IMG/VR virus record: IMGVR_UViG_3300032046_000001
Span: 62,001-126,000 of that record
Strand: one strand, 5' to 3'
Length of the DNA: 64,000 bases
Within the stretch, counting starts at the first letter, position 1; each line of letters begins with the position of its first letter. Positions 48,808-58,872 of this stretch are shown in pieces. Both the position numbers and the translations under genes were made by a program. The notes below the pieces were generated by a model that had not been told where the DNA came from, ran no database searches, and was given only the letters and a program-made list of their open reading frames with translations.

Positions 48808-48819
48808 AGAAAGGGTTTT

Positions 48820-48969
48820 ATGAAAAAAAATAAGAAAATTATCATCAAAAAAATTAATCAAATGGATTTGAGTGATATTGAAAAACGTCTTGGGAAGCTA
48901 TCAGGGAGTGAAGAATCACTATACTATCAACATCTTCAAGATAGAAAATTTGAATTAGAAAAAAGTTAA
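48820..48969 (+). CDS. 49-aa hypothetical protein
   Basis: SD AAGGG; ends before the terminator. Confidence 0.45.
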   Translation: MKKNKKIIIKKINQMDLSDIEKRLGKLSGSEESLYYQHLQDRKFELEKS

Positions 48970-49003
48970 AAAAATATAATAGCTGGATGTGGGACTACAA
49001 CAT

Positions 49004-49048
49004 ATTTCACAGGAACTGATAAATTTTAAATATCAGTTCCTGTGAAAT
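49004..49048. terminator. Bidirectional terminator
   Basis: 18-bp inverted repeat ATTTCACAGGAACTGATA/TATCAGTTCCTGTGAAAT. Confidence 0.75.
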
Positions 49049-49062
49049 CCCAGAAATTAATA

Positions 49063-49395
49063 TTATTCTGGGTCGTTATCGTTGATGGGTTTGAAAGTAA
49101 TATAATTATAAAGATCCAGACCTAATGGTATAATGATAATATCGTCACTATCACAGGTTCTTGTTTTTGATGGTACTGGAATGGATTCAAAAGATAGTGT
49201 TTGATGTTTCTTTAATATATCAAGTTCGTCTACTGTTAGAGCGGTCGTGTTCCACATCCACATGATATTATCACAATGGTTGGTAATACTAATATATTTA
49301 ATATAACCAACTTCGTGTTTTAGTACAACGTTTATCGCATGATCTTTTGGTGGGATAAAGGAACTATTTTGATTTAATATATAAATCATTTTCAA
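49063..49395 (-). CDS. Hypothetical protein
   Basis: SD AGGAG. Confidence 0.55.
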   Translation of the reverse strand: MKMIYILNQNSSFIPPKDHAINVVLKHEVGYIKYISITNHCDNIMWMWNTTALTVDELDILKKHQTLSFESIPVPSKTRTCDSDDIIIIPLGLDLYNYITFKPINDNDPE

Positions 49396-49973
49396 TCTCC
49401 TGTTAATTTAATATATGTAACAATCAAACCGACGAACCATATCAATAGTGCCAACATCTCAAAATATTTCAATGATTAATTACTCCTACTGTTTTTTTAT
49501 TGGACGAAATGTACAGTAACTAAGAATAAGAATCACAATTAACCAACCAATAATTCGTATCACACCTTATCCTTTCTGTGGATGAATAAACATGAAGATC
49601 ATACATCCTACCAAAATTATAAATACAATATATTTTAATATAGAGATGTTTATTTTACAATGAATATATTTCGAAGAGAGTGTGGATACTTATCTGCGGA
49701 ATCATCAATAAAGTAACTACCGATGTTGAAAATTAATATACAGACGAAAAATATGAATACTGGAGAGATCCCACCAGTAGTCATATATAGATATATTAAT
49801 AGTGTAACCATTCCATTCATGAGCATAATTTCAACAAATCCTTCACGAATGTCTGTATTCCAACCACTAAAATAATCATGACGAGTTGATACAAAAGAAC
49901 AGCAAAAGGTAGAAAGCCGAGAAGTATAGACATGATTATTCCTCCAAGTTGAAAGTTATATTAGAATATCTGA

Positions 49974-50264
49974 TTAATTATGAAACGTAAATGTGTTTCG
50001 ATTTCTCCAGATACTTAATAATGAATCAGGATGATTATCAAAAGCGACGGCTATTAACATTACAGTTGTATATACGGAAATAACAACACACAGCTCTTTC
50101 ATAGTTCCTAAAGCAAATATGGAGATTATCCATACAAGAGAAATATTAAAAAGTCTGATGGTCGTCCACGATTCCATGTTATCAATATTACTCGTAAAAG
50201 AATGAAGTAAGATAAGTTGCCACATAATAATTACTGAAATGTATCCAATTAATGATGCGTTCAT
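49974..50264 (-). CDS. Small membrane protein
   Basis: Three hydrophobic segments; SD GAGGAG. Confidence 0.55.
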   Translation of the reverse strand: MNASLIGYISVIIMWQLILLHSFTSNIDNMESWTTIRLFNISLVWIISIFALGTMKELCVVISVYTTVMLIAVAFDNHPDSLLSIWRNRNTFTFHN

Positions 50265-50350
50265 GATAATCTCCTCATATAGTTATAGTGATTTTGTGTT
50301 TTGATTTAGTTTCTTTTTCAGACTCTTCTATTTCATTTGTACTTCAACCA

Positions 50351-50629
50351 TTAATCGCTCTGTTTGTGTGATATATGACGTCTCCTTTTCTTTTCGACAG
50401 GACGGGGTTTCATAAAACTAAAAACATAACGAAACCATTGAATTGTAATAAATGGAATAGCGACAGGAGTGATGACCAGGATTAAGAGTTCGATCCAGAA
50501 TCCCCAATAAGTCCATTGGATGAATCTGACAGTAATTATTGCTGTCAGAACAAATGAGACTATAATGACAAAATGTTTCAAGGTGTCAGTGACTGGATAA
50601 TAGATTGAATTATAAATTTTTAAAAACAT
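50351..50629 (-). CDS. Small membrane protein
   Basis: Two TM segments and a basic tail. Confidence 0.55.
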   Translation of the reverse strand: MFLKIYNSIYYPVTDTLKHFVIIVSFVLTAIITVRFIQWTYWGFWIELLILVITPVAIPFITIQWFRYVFSFMKPRPVEKKRRRHISHKQSD

Positions 50630-50650
50630 TGATTTCCTTTTTGGGAGTAG

Positions 50651-50684
50651 GGAAGAGACAAATTTTAATTAATTTGTCTCTTCC
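50651..50684 (-). terminator. Hairpin / terminator inside the minus-strand island
   Basis: 14-bp inverted repeat GGAAGAGACAAATT/AATTTGTCTCTTCC. Confidence 0.6.
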
Positions 50685-50701
50685 TATAGTCCTGTTAGGG
50701 T

Positions 50702-51079
50702 TTACTGCAATCGAATTGCCTCTGGTGTATAAATCTTTAACCAAGATCTAACGACATGGTAGTGACTTGGACGGAACATCATCTCAGCGATTGTTAGTTC
50801 ACGAAGGATGTCCACTGATTGTCTACCAAGACCACTCATACCAAGTTCATGACAGAGAATCAGTAGGTCATCCCACTCCATTGCATTGATTCGATTGAAT
50901 ACCATTGATCGAACATGATCTTCAGCTCGTTTACGTTTTGTGTATGTAGCAACAATGATGTCGGTATTAGAAGTCCAACATCGCCGCCGTACAACATAAA
51001 CATATCGAGGCCATTCACACCATGCGAGAAGAACAAGCCAAAAGAGAAATATTACAGCACAAATTAAAGCTATTGTCAT
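50702..51079 (-). CDS. Membrane-anchored hypothetical protein
   Basis: SD AAGGAG; N-terminal TM. Confidence 0.6.
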   Translation of the reverse strand: MTIALICAVIFLFWLVLLAWCEWPRYVYVVRRRCWTSNTDIIVATYTKRKRAEDHVRSMVFNRINAMEWDDLLILCHELGMSGLGRQSVDILRELTIAEMMFRPSHYHVVRSWLKIYTPEAIRLQ

Positions 51080-51090
51080 GATCAGTCTCC

Positions 51091-52080
51091 TTATAGTTTC
51101 TCAGAAACGGTTATAAGTGAATTTTTAACATACTCACGAATAGTCTCGACCGTTTTCTTTTCATTGACGGCTATAAGTTTCGGTTCATTACTCGAACCAG
51201 GACAGACTAAGACTGTAAAATCAACTTCTCCGTTTGTGATCATTGCTTGAAAGTTATCTGCCTGAAATACTGTTCTGAACTTGTTGGTATTCCAAATATC
51301 ACATCCCCATACGCGATATTTGTATATCGGCATGGTTCTGGTTATGAACTGTCCTTGGATTGACTTGGTAACAGGTTCGGGAAGCACTCTGGTTTGATCA
51401 AGACCCATGATGAAAGCCAATGTGTTGTGGCAATCATGTTTCTTGACCATTTCCAACAAGTACTCAAGATCGGTATCATAGTCCCGATTGATGCCATCTG
51501 TCCATAAAGAGGCACCACCAGCGGTAACATATGATCTACCGAAAATAATCGAATCATATTTTTCTTTGATAGCCCAGTCCACAATCTTCGACATAACAAA
51601 CTCATTATAGTCAGCATCACCGCCGAAGCCTAACCGACTTGAATCCACCGGAGAAATAACTGTAAAGACTTTGTTTGATTCTTTGATAGGAACAGTCTTC
51701 ACAGCGATTCCTTCCAGTTTTGGATTTCTGACCCGATTCATCTGGGTAATGATGGTGTTGGCCACATTCTTTTCCATTTCCTGGAGTTGCCTACTTAGGT
51801 CGTTGAGTTGATTCTTCGGTGCAGCCATCCGTTCAATAATCGCATTGGCCATACTACGAAAAGTTGGCGTTGCGATAATAAACAGGCCAACAGTAAGAAG
51901 AAGAATCATTACAGAGCAACCAAAGGTCTTTGTCATGTACCGGATTGGATGATCCTGAATCTCAGAGGTTTTCTTTGATGCCCGATTCAAATACCAGACA
52001 GAGATCTTATTAACAACACCATTTACTTTTTCCATGATTCTGTCTTTGATACTTGTATTGGTAATAGGTGTATCGGCCAT
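51091..52080 (-). CDS. Membrane-anchored hypothetical protein (visibly more GC-rich)
   Basis: 329 aa; one TM plus coiled coil; SD GAGGAG. Confidence 0.7.
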   Translation of the reverse strand: MADTPITNTSIKDRIMEKVNGVVNKISVWYLNRASKKTSEIQDHPIRYMTKTFGCSVMILLLTVGLFIIATPTFRSMANAIIERMAAPKNQLNDLSRQLQEMEKNVANTIITQMNRVRNPKLEGIAVKTVPIKESNKVFTVISPVDSSRLGFGGDADYNEFVMSKIVDWAIKEKYDSIIFGRSYVTAGGASLWTDGINRDYDTDLEYLLEMVKKHDCHNTLAFIMGLDQTRVLPEPVTKSIQGQFITRTMPIYKYRVWGCDIWNTNKFRTVFQADNFQAMITNGEVDFTVLVCPGSSNEPKLIAVNEKKTVETIREYVKNSLITVSEKL

Positions 52081-52306
52081 GATAATACTCCTCTCTGAAA
52101 AGTTAAAAATTAAATTGAAAGTTAAAGGTTATCAAAGGTCTCTCCAGAACCATTATCATTACCGGATATGAACGGTGTGATTTTTTGTACCGCCCAATAT
52201 CCCATATATACTGATCCTCCTATGAATCCACCCACCGCCCCTAATATTATAGAGATGATGAGAACAATAACAAATAATATTATTTTCAATATGAGTGTTA
52301 CTACAT

Positions 52307-52681
52307 TTAGGATATACTACACCTCCTTTGTTGTAAATAAATTTCAATTAATTCAATATCAAACTTATCTTTTTTTCTATTTAATAATCTTTTGTACTCT
52401 ATCAGATTCTCTAATGTGATAAAGTTAATACCACCAGATACAATACCTTCTTTTGTCATATAATTAAATTCAGGTGGACCAATACAATCTAAAAATTCTA
52501 TACTCCAAGGATTAGGAAAAGCTCGACCAAGACGAACAGCTTTTCCATACAAGACATCAATCACTTTGTATGTTCTAGCGAACTCTTCCCATATCTTAGA
52601 TTTTAATAATACAATATCAACATCATCAATATCTCCAGTGAGTATGCCAAGTTCATACAGAACCGCACTCCCAATAACCAC
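52307..52681 (-). CDS. Nucleotidyltransferase-like protein
   Basis: IGS...DIDDVD motif; frame stays open upstream to about 52744 (possible non-ATG start). Confidence 0.55.
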   Translation of the reverse strand: MVIGSAVLYELGILTGDIDDVDIVLLKSKIWEEFARTYKVIDVLYGKAVRLGRAFPNPWSIEFLDCIGPPEFNYMTKEGIVSGGINFITLENLIEYKRLLNRKKDKFDIELIEIYLQQRRCSIS

Positions 52682-52765
52682 ACAATCAAATGGTCTAATA
52701 CCAAACGTTTTTAAAATTTTGCTGATTGTGTTAGATATTTTTATTTATATCACCCCCCCCTCAAA

Positions 52766-53056
52766 TTAAATATTTAAATACACAAAGCTATCACTTGTTT
52801 TGAGTATCAACAGATCACCATGTTTTAATTTCGGAAGACTTCCAGTTATTTCAACATCAACTACAGTTGTAAATACATCAGTATTGATTAATTCTTTAGA
52901 AACAGGTTGATCTTTTACTATAACTATTATTTCCTGTTCTTTCCTGGCCTGTACAAGAGGATTGATGTTATATGTACTCATACCACGTATATCTTTTATA
53001 TTTCCATGATTTATCATGTGATCATAAATCTCTCCATTATCTGTCAAATATATCAT
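52766..53056 (-). CDS. Hypothetical protein, weak paralog of 53117
   Basis: PKLKHGDLLIL vs PKFEKHDQIIIL. Confidence 0.55.
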   Translation of the reverse strand: MIYLTDNGEIYDHMINHGNIKDIRGMSTYNINPLVQARKEQEIIVIVKDQPVSKELINTDVFTTVVDVEITGSLPKLKHGDLLILKTSDSFVYLNI

Positions 53057-53083
53057 TATTGCACCTCTATTTTGAATTTGACA

Positions 53084-53115
53084 TCAAATTAAAATTTATT
53101 TATCTCTAACATAAT
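53084..53115 (+). promoter_or_regulatory. Bipartite promoter-like motif TCAAATT-N17-AACA within a minus-strand operon
   Basis: Nearly identical over 32 nt to the 25426 (-) copy; part of palindrome AATTTGACATCAAATT. Confidence 0.5.
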
Positions 53116-53116
53116 A

Positions 53117-53446
53117 TTAGAAATTTTCGATGAGTGTTATAAGTATGTGAGCAATGTTACCTAATATAATAATTTGATCATGCTTCTCAAATTTTGGAAA
53201 TCCCAATCTTCCAATATCACACACTTCGAATGTTGTTTGGTAATGCTCAACAGTATCGGTCTCGGTACACGCGTGTGATATGAATACAACGGGAAATTCA
53301 CCAGACTCAAGATTGACTGTTTTTAGTACTTCCTGAATTTCTTTTTCAGAGATTTCTTGAACATGGAAAATTTCAAAATGTGATAATATGGCGAATATAA
53401 TCGTTGTTACATCCCAACTCATTTGTGGTGGACAAAAATATACCAT
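53117..53446 (-). CDS. Hypothetical protein
   Basis: SD AAGGAG. Confidence 0.6.
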   Translation of the reverse strand: MVYFCPPQMSWDVTTIIFAILSHFEIFHVQEISEKEIQEVLKTVNLESGEFPVVFISHACTETDTVEHYQTTFEVCDIGRLGFPKFEKHDQIIILGNIAHILITLIENF

Positions 53447-53507
53447 GATTTATTCTCCTATATTATTTATCAAATTTTTAAACGAAAAACCTTTTCTAAA
53501 TATCACA

Positions 53508-53521
53508 TATTAATATATATA
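53508..53521 (-). promoter_or_regulatory. Putative promoter motif TATATATATTAATA (copy 3)
   Basis: Exact 14-mer; flanks similar to copy 2. Confidence 0.6.
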
Positions 53522-53558
53522 ATTCAATATACTGATACCACATAAAATAGGAGAAAAG

Positions 53559-54365
53559 ATGAAAGAAATCATCGATATAATTAATTGTCCATTTTGTAAA
53601 CAACAACAAGCTATACATCTTGATTTAGATCTTAAAGTTCAAAAAGTAATATGTGAAAATCCCGAATGTCAAAAAGAATTTAAAATACCCATAAAGTTTA
53701 AAAGAGTATACCTATCAAGAACTTTTGCTGTATCAGATTGTAAATATAAATTTCCATTATATGTGAGAAAAAATTTTGATGGTGTTATTGAAACAGTAGA
53801 CCCTTGGGAATTATATAAAGAATTTAGACCATCTGATGAAGATGTTCCTTTTATTAATAAACAGTGGTTAGACAGTTGTGATATTTATGTTGGTTATATT
53901 TATAATCCTTCATTTGGAACGTTAGGTGAATTAAATTATGCCATGTCTAAACCAGTACCAAGATATATTATTAATCCAAATCGTGTTTGGACAAATGATA
54001 TATGGTTAAAGTATCAGGCAACAAAAATATTCGAAGACACTGATGATTGTTTTCGATATATAATCAATGATATAATTCATGATTATAATATAATGATTCA
54101 AGGAGAAATGAAAATTGAAAACGATAGTCAATACAGGAAAGTACTGAAAAGATTAAGATCAATTACAGAATCTTTAAAATCAACAGAGTCTTATATATCG
54201 GACAAATTATATCCTCTTACTGGAAGTATTCAAGGAACAAATATTACTAGTGAAGTACCACAAGAAGTTTTTGTTCCATTGGTTAGTGAACTAAATGATA
54301 TATATAAAGACTTAGTAGATATAAACGATAATATTAATTTCATATTAAATCGTGTCGAATTATGA
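53559..54365 (+). CDS. Zn-ribbon plus nucleoside-deoxyribosyltransferase-like domain plus coiled coil
   Basis: CPFC..C...C; RVYLS...CD......PSFGTLGEL.YA; internal SD AGGAG plus ATG at 54108. Confidence 0.55.
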   Translation: MKEIIDIINCPFCKQQQAIHLDLDLKVQKVICENPECQKEFKIPIKFKRVYLSRTFAVSDCKYKFPLYVRKNFDGVIETVDPWELYKEFRPSDEDVPFINKQWLDSCDIYVGYIYNPSFGTLGELNYAMSKPVPRYIINPNRVWTNDIWLKYQATKIFEDTDDCFRYIINDIIHDYNIMIQGEMKIENDSQYRKVLKRLRSITESLKSTESYISDKLYPLTGSIQGTNITSEVPQEVFVPLVSELNDIYKDLVDINDNINFILNRVEL

Positions 54366-54862
54366 AAAAAATAAATACAAGAGAAGTGAACAAATTAGTA
54401 GATGATCTTTTATTATCAGCGAACATTGAAGGTATATTTAAAGAATGTATAATAAATGAAGAAGAGGAAGATGAAATGAAAAAGAACGAAACAAATACAA
54501 GATTATTAAATAAACACTTCAGTCCAGCGATTATTAGAAAATATAACACATTAGGATTCCCGTTGTATATTCATATTATCTGCGATCAAGACTTGAGTGA
54601 TTTAGATCAATTGGTAAATGAATTTATTGATCAGGTTAAGCTCGATGATAGTAATATACAAGATTTTAGAGATTTTGCTGGTTCGTTGTCACAGAGTATT
54701 ATTCAACATTATAATGAAAAGAAAGCTGGTTGTGTTGAATCTGTCGGTGTAATATTTTATGCCGATAAGATGATGGTTAGTTCTTTGTTTGGTGACGTAA
54801 TGAATCATGCTCAATGTCGAAGTGAATTATATCAATCTCTAATGATAATGACTCAAATTTAA
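54362..54862 (+). CDS. Hypothetical protein
   Basis: Coupled ORF. Confidence 0.6.
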   Translation: MKKINTREVNKLVDDLLLSANIEGIFKECIINEEEEDEMKKNETNTRLLNKHFSPAIIRKYNTLGFPLYIHIICDQDLSDLDQLVNEFIDQVKLDDSNIQDFRDFAGSLSQSIIQHYNEKKAGCVESVGVIFYADKMMVSSLFGDVMNHAQCRSELYQSLMIMTQI

Positions 54863-54872
54863 AGGTGAATAA

Positions 54873-55355
54873 ATGTCAGAAAATAAAGTTGTAATTTGTG
54901 TCTGTCATCCAGACGATGAAATAATCGGGTGTTACCATCATATAATAAATGAAGAAAATCCACCAATAATTTTATATATGGGAAATATATCGGAAGAAAG
55001 AAGACAAGACGCTCTGAAGTTAAAAGAGTTTACAAAAGTTTCAATGCAAATGTTTTGTAATTCAATTCCTCCAGTATTTCTTAATTTATCAACAAAATTT
55101 TATTTCCCTGATCCAATATATGAAATTCATCCAGATCATAGACGATTAGGAGCTGTGGGTGAGGCATATTTAAGAAATAAATTTGATGTGACTTTTTATT
55201 CAATAAACATGAATACCCCATATATATATGAAATAAAAAATTCACAAAAAAAAGAAGAACTTTTAAATAAAGTTTATTCATCACAGAAGTCTCTGTGGGA
55301 ATATGAAAAAAAATATATTCTTTTCGAAGGATACAATAAGTGGATAATAGAGTAA
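54873..55355 (+). CDS. PIG-L / LmbE-family deacetylase
   Basis: HPDDE and HPDH motifs. Confidence 0.8.
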   Translation: MSENKVVICVCHPDDEIIGCYHHIINEENPPIILYMGNISEERRQDALKLKEFTKVSMQMFCNSIPPVFLNLSTKFYFPDPIYEIHPDHRRLGAVGEAYLRNKFDVTFYSINMNTPYIYEIKNSQKKEELLNKVYSSQKSLWEYEKKYILFEGYNKWIIE

Positions 55356-55374
55356 TCTACTATCCACTTGAATA

Positions 55375-55638
55375 TTACATATCAATAATAACTTCTTTTT
55401 GGAGAACCAATTGGAACAATCCATCTTTATATAATTTATTCAAATGATCTCTTGATCTATCTGTTGTGGTATTACTACTAATTTCATTCATCATATTATG
55501 TAATTCGGTAATTTCTACAGATAAGTATACAAGTTGATCTAAAACAAAACAAATTTCCCAATTGTCAATAATATAATTTATTACTCTTTTTGCAAACTTT
55601 TTAGTGATTATGTTTTTGAGCACATTACTCCTCCACAC
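55375..55638 (-). CDS. Paralog-family ORFan
   Basis: KKFAKRVI...LYKDGL. Confidence 0.5.
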   Translation of the reverse strand: MWRSNVLKNIITKKFAKRVINYIIDNWEICFVLDQLVYLSVEITELHNMMNEISSNTTTDRSRDHLNKLYKDGLFQLVLQKEVIIDM

Positions 55639-55876
55639 TATCGATTACTAAACCACTCTTATATAAAATAATAATGAGTCGTCTAATTTGTTCTTGTTTA
55701 ATAATGAACAAAGATGAGTTTCGAAAATCGATAATAACCTCATCGGCTACATTATCATAATCATCTTCACTAAGTTCGAGATCAGATAACAAGTTCTCAA
55801 ATTCATCCCAATAATGTATTTCTTCCATTTCGAGAATTGATTCTAAGGTTCTTCTGGCATATTTTATGGTGTACAT
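55625..55876 (-). CDS. Paralog-family ORFan
   Basis: IKYARRTL...LYKSGL. Confidence 0.55.
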   Translation of the reverse strand: MYTIKYARRTLESILEMEEIHYWDEFENLLSDLELSEDDYDNVADEVIIDFRNSSLFIIKQEQIRRLIIILYKSGLVIDSVEE

Positions 55877-56136
55877 GTTTTTCCATCCATAATTTTTCCT
55901 CGTTTGTTAAGAGCTTGAATATATCTTTCTTCAAAACACTCCTCAAAAAGAAATATATTTATTTTGTTGTTTCGCATATATATACGAGTTTCACGTCTAA
56001 TATCATACCATTCACTTGATGATAAACCATTATCTATAATAAATTGTTCAAGTACTGCCAATGATCTTAGTTCATAATAATAATAATACTTTGCCTTATT
56101 AAGTATATACTTAATTTTTTTAATGGTGTATATCAT
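55864..56136 (-). CDS. Paralog-family ORFan
   Basis: MIYTIKKIK...LNKRGKI. Confidence 0.55.
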   Translation of the reverse strand: MIYTIKKIKYILNKAKYYYYYELRSLAVLEQFIIDNGLSSSEWYDIRRETRIYMRNNKINIFLFEECFEERYIQALNKRGKIMDGKTCTP

Positions 56137-56199
56137 TATTCACCCAATATAATTTTTAAGTTAATTATTTATAAACAATAATAAAGGAGAAATAGTGAA

Positions 56200-57135
56200 A
56201 TGAAAAGATTGATATTTGTACCTCAATTACCGATAAAATTACGTTATCAAAGTTGGTGGTATACAGATTTCAAAAAAGAATTCGAAAAATATTTTGAAGT
56301 TATTGTACTCGGAGAAAAATATATTAATTCATCTAATTTAATTTATAATTCGAAAAATTTCTCAATTTTTGATAAGGCAATTGAATTTGAACAATATCAA
56401 ATTAGTGAATTTTTGAATATGAAGATATACAATGATGATATTTTATTCTTAGCTGATTTAAGCTTTCCTGGATTTTTTACGAATGTTTTATATCACAAAC
56501 CCATAAAGAATTGTTATGTCTTTTGTCATGGTACTTCAAAAAATAATTATGACTATTTTCAGAAAAATCGACAATCAAAATGGTTAATTGAAAAAGGACA
56601 CTCTAAATTATTTAAAAAAGTATTTGTCGCAACTAATTATCACAAAAACAAATTAGGCTGGAATAACATTGATGTTATTGGTGTACCAAAACCAAGTTTT
56701 AAAATTCAAGTTGATTATAATAAAATAAATAATATTATTTCGGTATCAAGAGATGATATTCAAAAACGAAATAAAACGATCGAATATCAAATTAATAAAT
56801 TTGAAACTATTAAAAGATCTTCAGAATATGATAATTGGGGAGACTATTATCAGTTCATTGCCAATTCTAAAATTCTATTAATAACTTCAAAAGAAGACAC
56901 ATTTGGTTATTCAGTAATGGATGCGATTGAAAATAAATGTATTCCAATCGCACCCAACAAACTTTCTTTTCCTGAATTATTACCACAAAAATATTTATAT
57001 AATAACATTGATGAATTATCAAATATCATTCATAAATATTTAAATTTTAATATGAGTGATGTTCCGGTTCTTTTAAACCAGAACTTAATTTATAATTTCT
57101 ATGATAATCTAATCCATAGAATGATAAGTGGGTAA
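56200..57135 (+). CDS. GT-B glycosyltransferase, possibly DNA-modifying
   Basis: SKEDTFGYSVMDA; PNKLSFPELL; lies with replication genes, away from the glycan cluster. Confidence 0.7.
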   Translation: MKRLIFVPQLPIKLRYQSWWYTDFKKEFEKYFEVIVLGEKYINSSNLIYNSKNFSIFDKAIEFEQYQISEFLNMKIYNDDILFLADLSFPGFFTNVLYHKPIKNCYVFCHGTSKNNYDYFQKNRQSKWLIEKGHSKLFKKVFVATNYHKNKLGWNNIDVIGVPKPSFKIQVDYNKINNIISVSRDDIQKRNKTIEYQINKFETIKRSSEYDNWGDYYQFIANSKILLITSKEDTFGYSVMDAIENKCIPIAPNKLSFPELLPQKYLYNNIDELSNIIHKYLNFNMSDVPVLLNQNLIYNFYDNLIHRMISG

Positions 57136-57396
57136 TGATCCGGTTTTAAGAGAATTTTTAAGATATTTTAAAAGTACAGTATCTACTACATCACATAGTG
57201 GAGATGTGAGACGAACTCCTGTACGATCATATCGTTCTCTTTCGATTGTTGTAATGTTACGCCACAACATGTAAATTCCTGCCTCATCGATAAGTGTAAT
57301 CAGACTTGGATGTTCATCGCTACCAGACAACTCAATAATATTAATGAGTCTTTTAATAACTCTTGGTGTTATGAGAATATCATTATATTGTATCAT
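57109..57396 (-). CDS. Paralog-family ORFan
   Basis: IKRLI...LKNSLKTG. Confidence 0.55.
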   Translation of the reverse strand: MIQYNDILITPRVIKRLINIIELSGSDEHPSLITLIDEAGIYMLWRNITTIERERYDRTGVRLTSPLCDVVDTVLLKYLKNSLKTGSLPTYHSMD

Positions 57397-57683
57397 CTTT
57401 CATACCTTATCAGACTTGAATGTATTGAATTTTTGAGTAACTCAAATATAATTTTTTCGACGATGTTGTTTAACATATCGAATTGTCCAAAATTATACCA
57501 TTGGGGATAATCAATTTTGGCATTATTAATTAGTTGATTGAAAAGATTATTCAAACCCCACTCGTCAAATAAAACACGAATGTAATCATTAATACCATCT
57601 AATTCAATAGTTTGTATGACTCTCTGTATATTTTTTTTACTAACTATTGATAGTAATATTTGGTTTTCATATATTAGAATCAT
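57393..57683 (-). CDS. Paralog-family ORFan
   Basis: KKNIQRVI...LLKNSI. Confidence 0.55.
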   Translation of the reverse strand: MILIYENQILLSIVSKKNIQRVIQTIELDGINDYIRVLFDEWGLNNLFNQLINNAKIDYPQWYNFGQFDMLNNIVEKIIFELLKNSIHSSLIRYER

Positions 57684-57991
57684 ATAATTTCTACCCTATT
57701 ATTGATTGATGTGTATTTAATATCAACATCGGAATTAATAATACCAGTTATTAATGATCGTTTTAATATCTCAGTGAAAACTTTGACTGTTAAATTAGAA
57801 ACGATTATTGATTTTGCAGCAATCACATCAGATTGAGGAATATATACACTAAGTTTGGATTTTAAATAATTATAAATCACTGAAAATCCAAAATCTACAA
57901 AATCTTCATACAATGAACTTGATAAATTACCAGTAGTTTCAAATGAGTAAATAATTCTATTTATTACTTTTTTTACTGATAAGATATTCAT
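57680..57991 (-). CDS. Paralog-family ORFan
   Basis: KKVINRII...LKRSLITG. Confidence 0.55.
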   Translation of the reverse strand: MNILSVKKVINRIIYSFETTGNLSSSLYEDFVDFGFSVIYNYLKSKLSVYIPQSDVIAAKSIIVSNLTVKVFTEILKRSLITGIINSDVDIKYTSINNRVEII

Positions 57992-58000
57992 TATAATATA

Positions 58001-58309
58001 TCATTTTGGTTTTCCCCATATTAATTGACCAGTTCTTAAACTATCTTTAAGCAATTCAGTGACCATCGCATTAACAAATCGATCAAGTTTGTTACGTTCA
58101 GTAGCATCATGCTCACAATTAGGGAATAAATACATTTGACTTTCATAATAATAAATATAAAAATTATCAAGTCTAAGTCTACCGATGGCTTGATAAATAC
58201 TAATTTCCCCATCAAATAGAGGTCGTAACATCCTTGTCAAATATTTTTTTGAAAAATATTGAAATGTATATCCATCACATAAAAGAATCATAAATTTCTC
58301 CAAAATCAA
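58001..58309 (-). CDS. Paralog-family ORFan
   Basis: KKYLTRML...LKDSLRTG. Confidence 0.55.
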   Translation of the reverse strand: MILEKFMILLCDGYTFQYFSKKYLTRMLRPLFDGEISIYQAIGRLRLDNFYIYYYESQMYLFPNCEHDATERNKLDRFVNAMVTELLKDSLRTGQLIWGKPK

Positions 58310-58316
58310 TATTAAG

Positions 58317-58347
58317 TCAAATTAAAAATAGTCTCAAATCAACAAAT
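58317..58347 (+). promoter_or_regulatory. Bipartite promoter-like motif TCAAATT-N17-AACA
   Basis: Upstream of 58366; same spacing as the other copies. Confidence 0.6.
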
Positions 58348-58365
58348 TACAAAAAGGAGATATGT

Positions 58366-58872
58366 GTGCCATTTAAAACATTTTCTAATTGGTTATTTGA
58401 TAATAATATAAATTCACCAATACCAACAGAACCAGATATATTGAAATATGATTCACCAATCACGGCGACATATATGATTTCAATTTTCATGAAGTGTCCC
58501 AAGTTAAATTATCAGTTAAATACATATCTGAATAATATTAATTTGAGATATATAGATAAAAGAGAATTACTTCTCTTTATTAAAATGTGTGTTCAAAAGT
58601 ATGATATAAAGCGATATCAACTTTGTTATAGATCATTTTCAGACAGAAAAACAAAATTGTTTAATATTTTTCAAAATAAATTTCCAAACTTAAAAAAATA
58701 TGAAATTCAGTATTTGTGCGATAAGATTGATAATTCAAAAGAGAAAGATGATATATATCAGTCTCTTGGATTAGAAAAACCCAAAAGAACAAAAATTAAA
58801 ATGGTTAAAAATAAAATTTCGTTGAGTGATTTTTTAAATAACTTTACGATTGTGGAAGTGGAGAGATGTTAG
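58366..58872 (+). CDS. Hypothetical protein
   Basis: SD AAGGAG; GTG start. Confidence 0.6.
   Translation: MPFKTFSNWLFDNNINSPIPTEPDILKYDSPITATYMISIFMKCPKLNYQLNTYLNNINLRYIDKRELLLFIKMCVQKYDIKRYQLCYRSFSDRKTKLFNIFQNKFPNLKKYEIQYLCDKIDNSKEKDDIYQSLGLEKPKRTKIKMVKNKISLSDFLNNFTIVEVERC

Noticed and set aside
52753-52760. Poly-C/G tract as a phase-variation switch
   Set aside because: It is intergenic and most simply the G-rich SD of the minus-strand nucleotidyltransferase-like gene. A single sequence gives no evidence of length variation.
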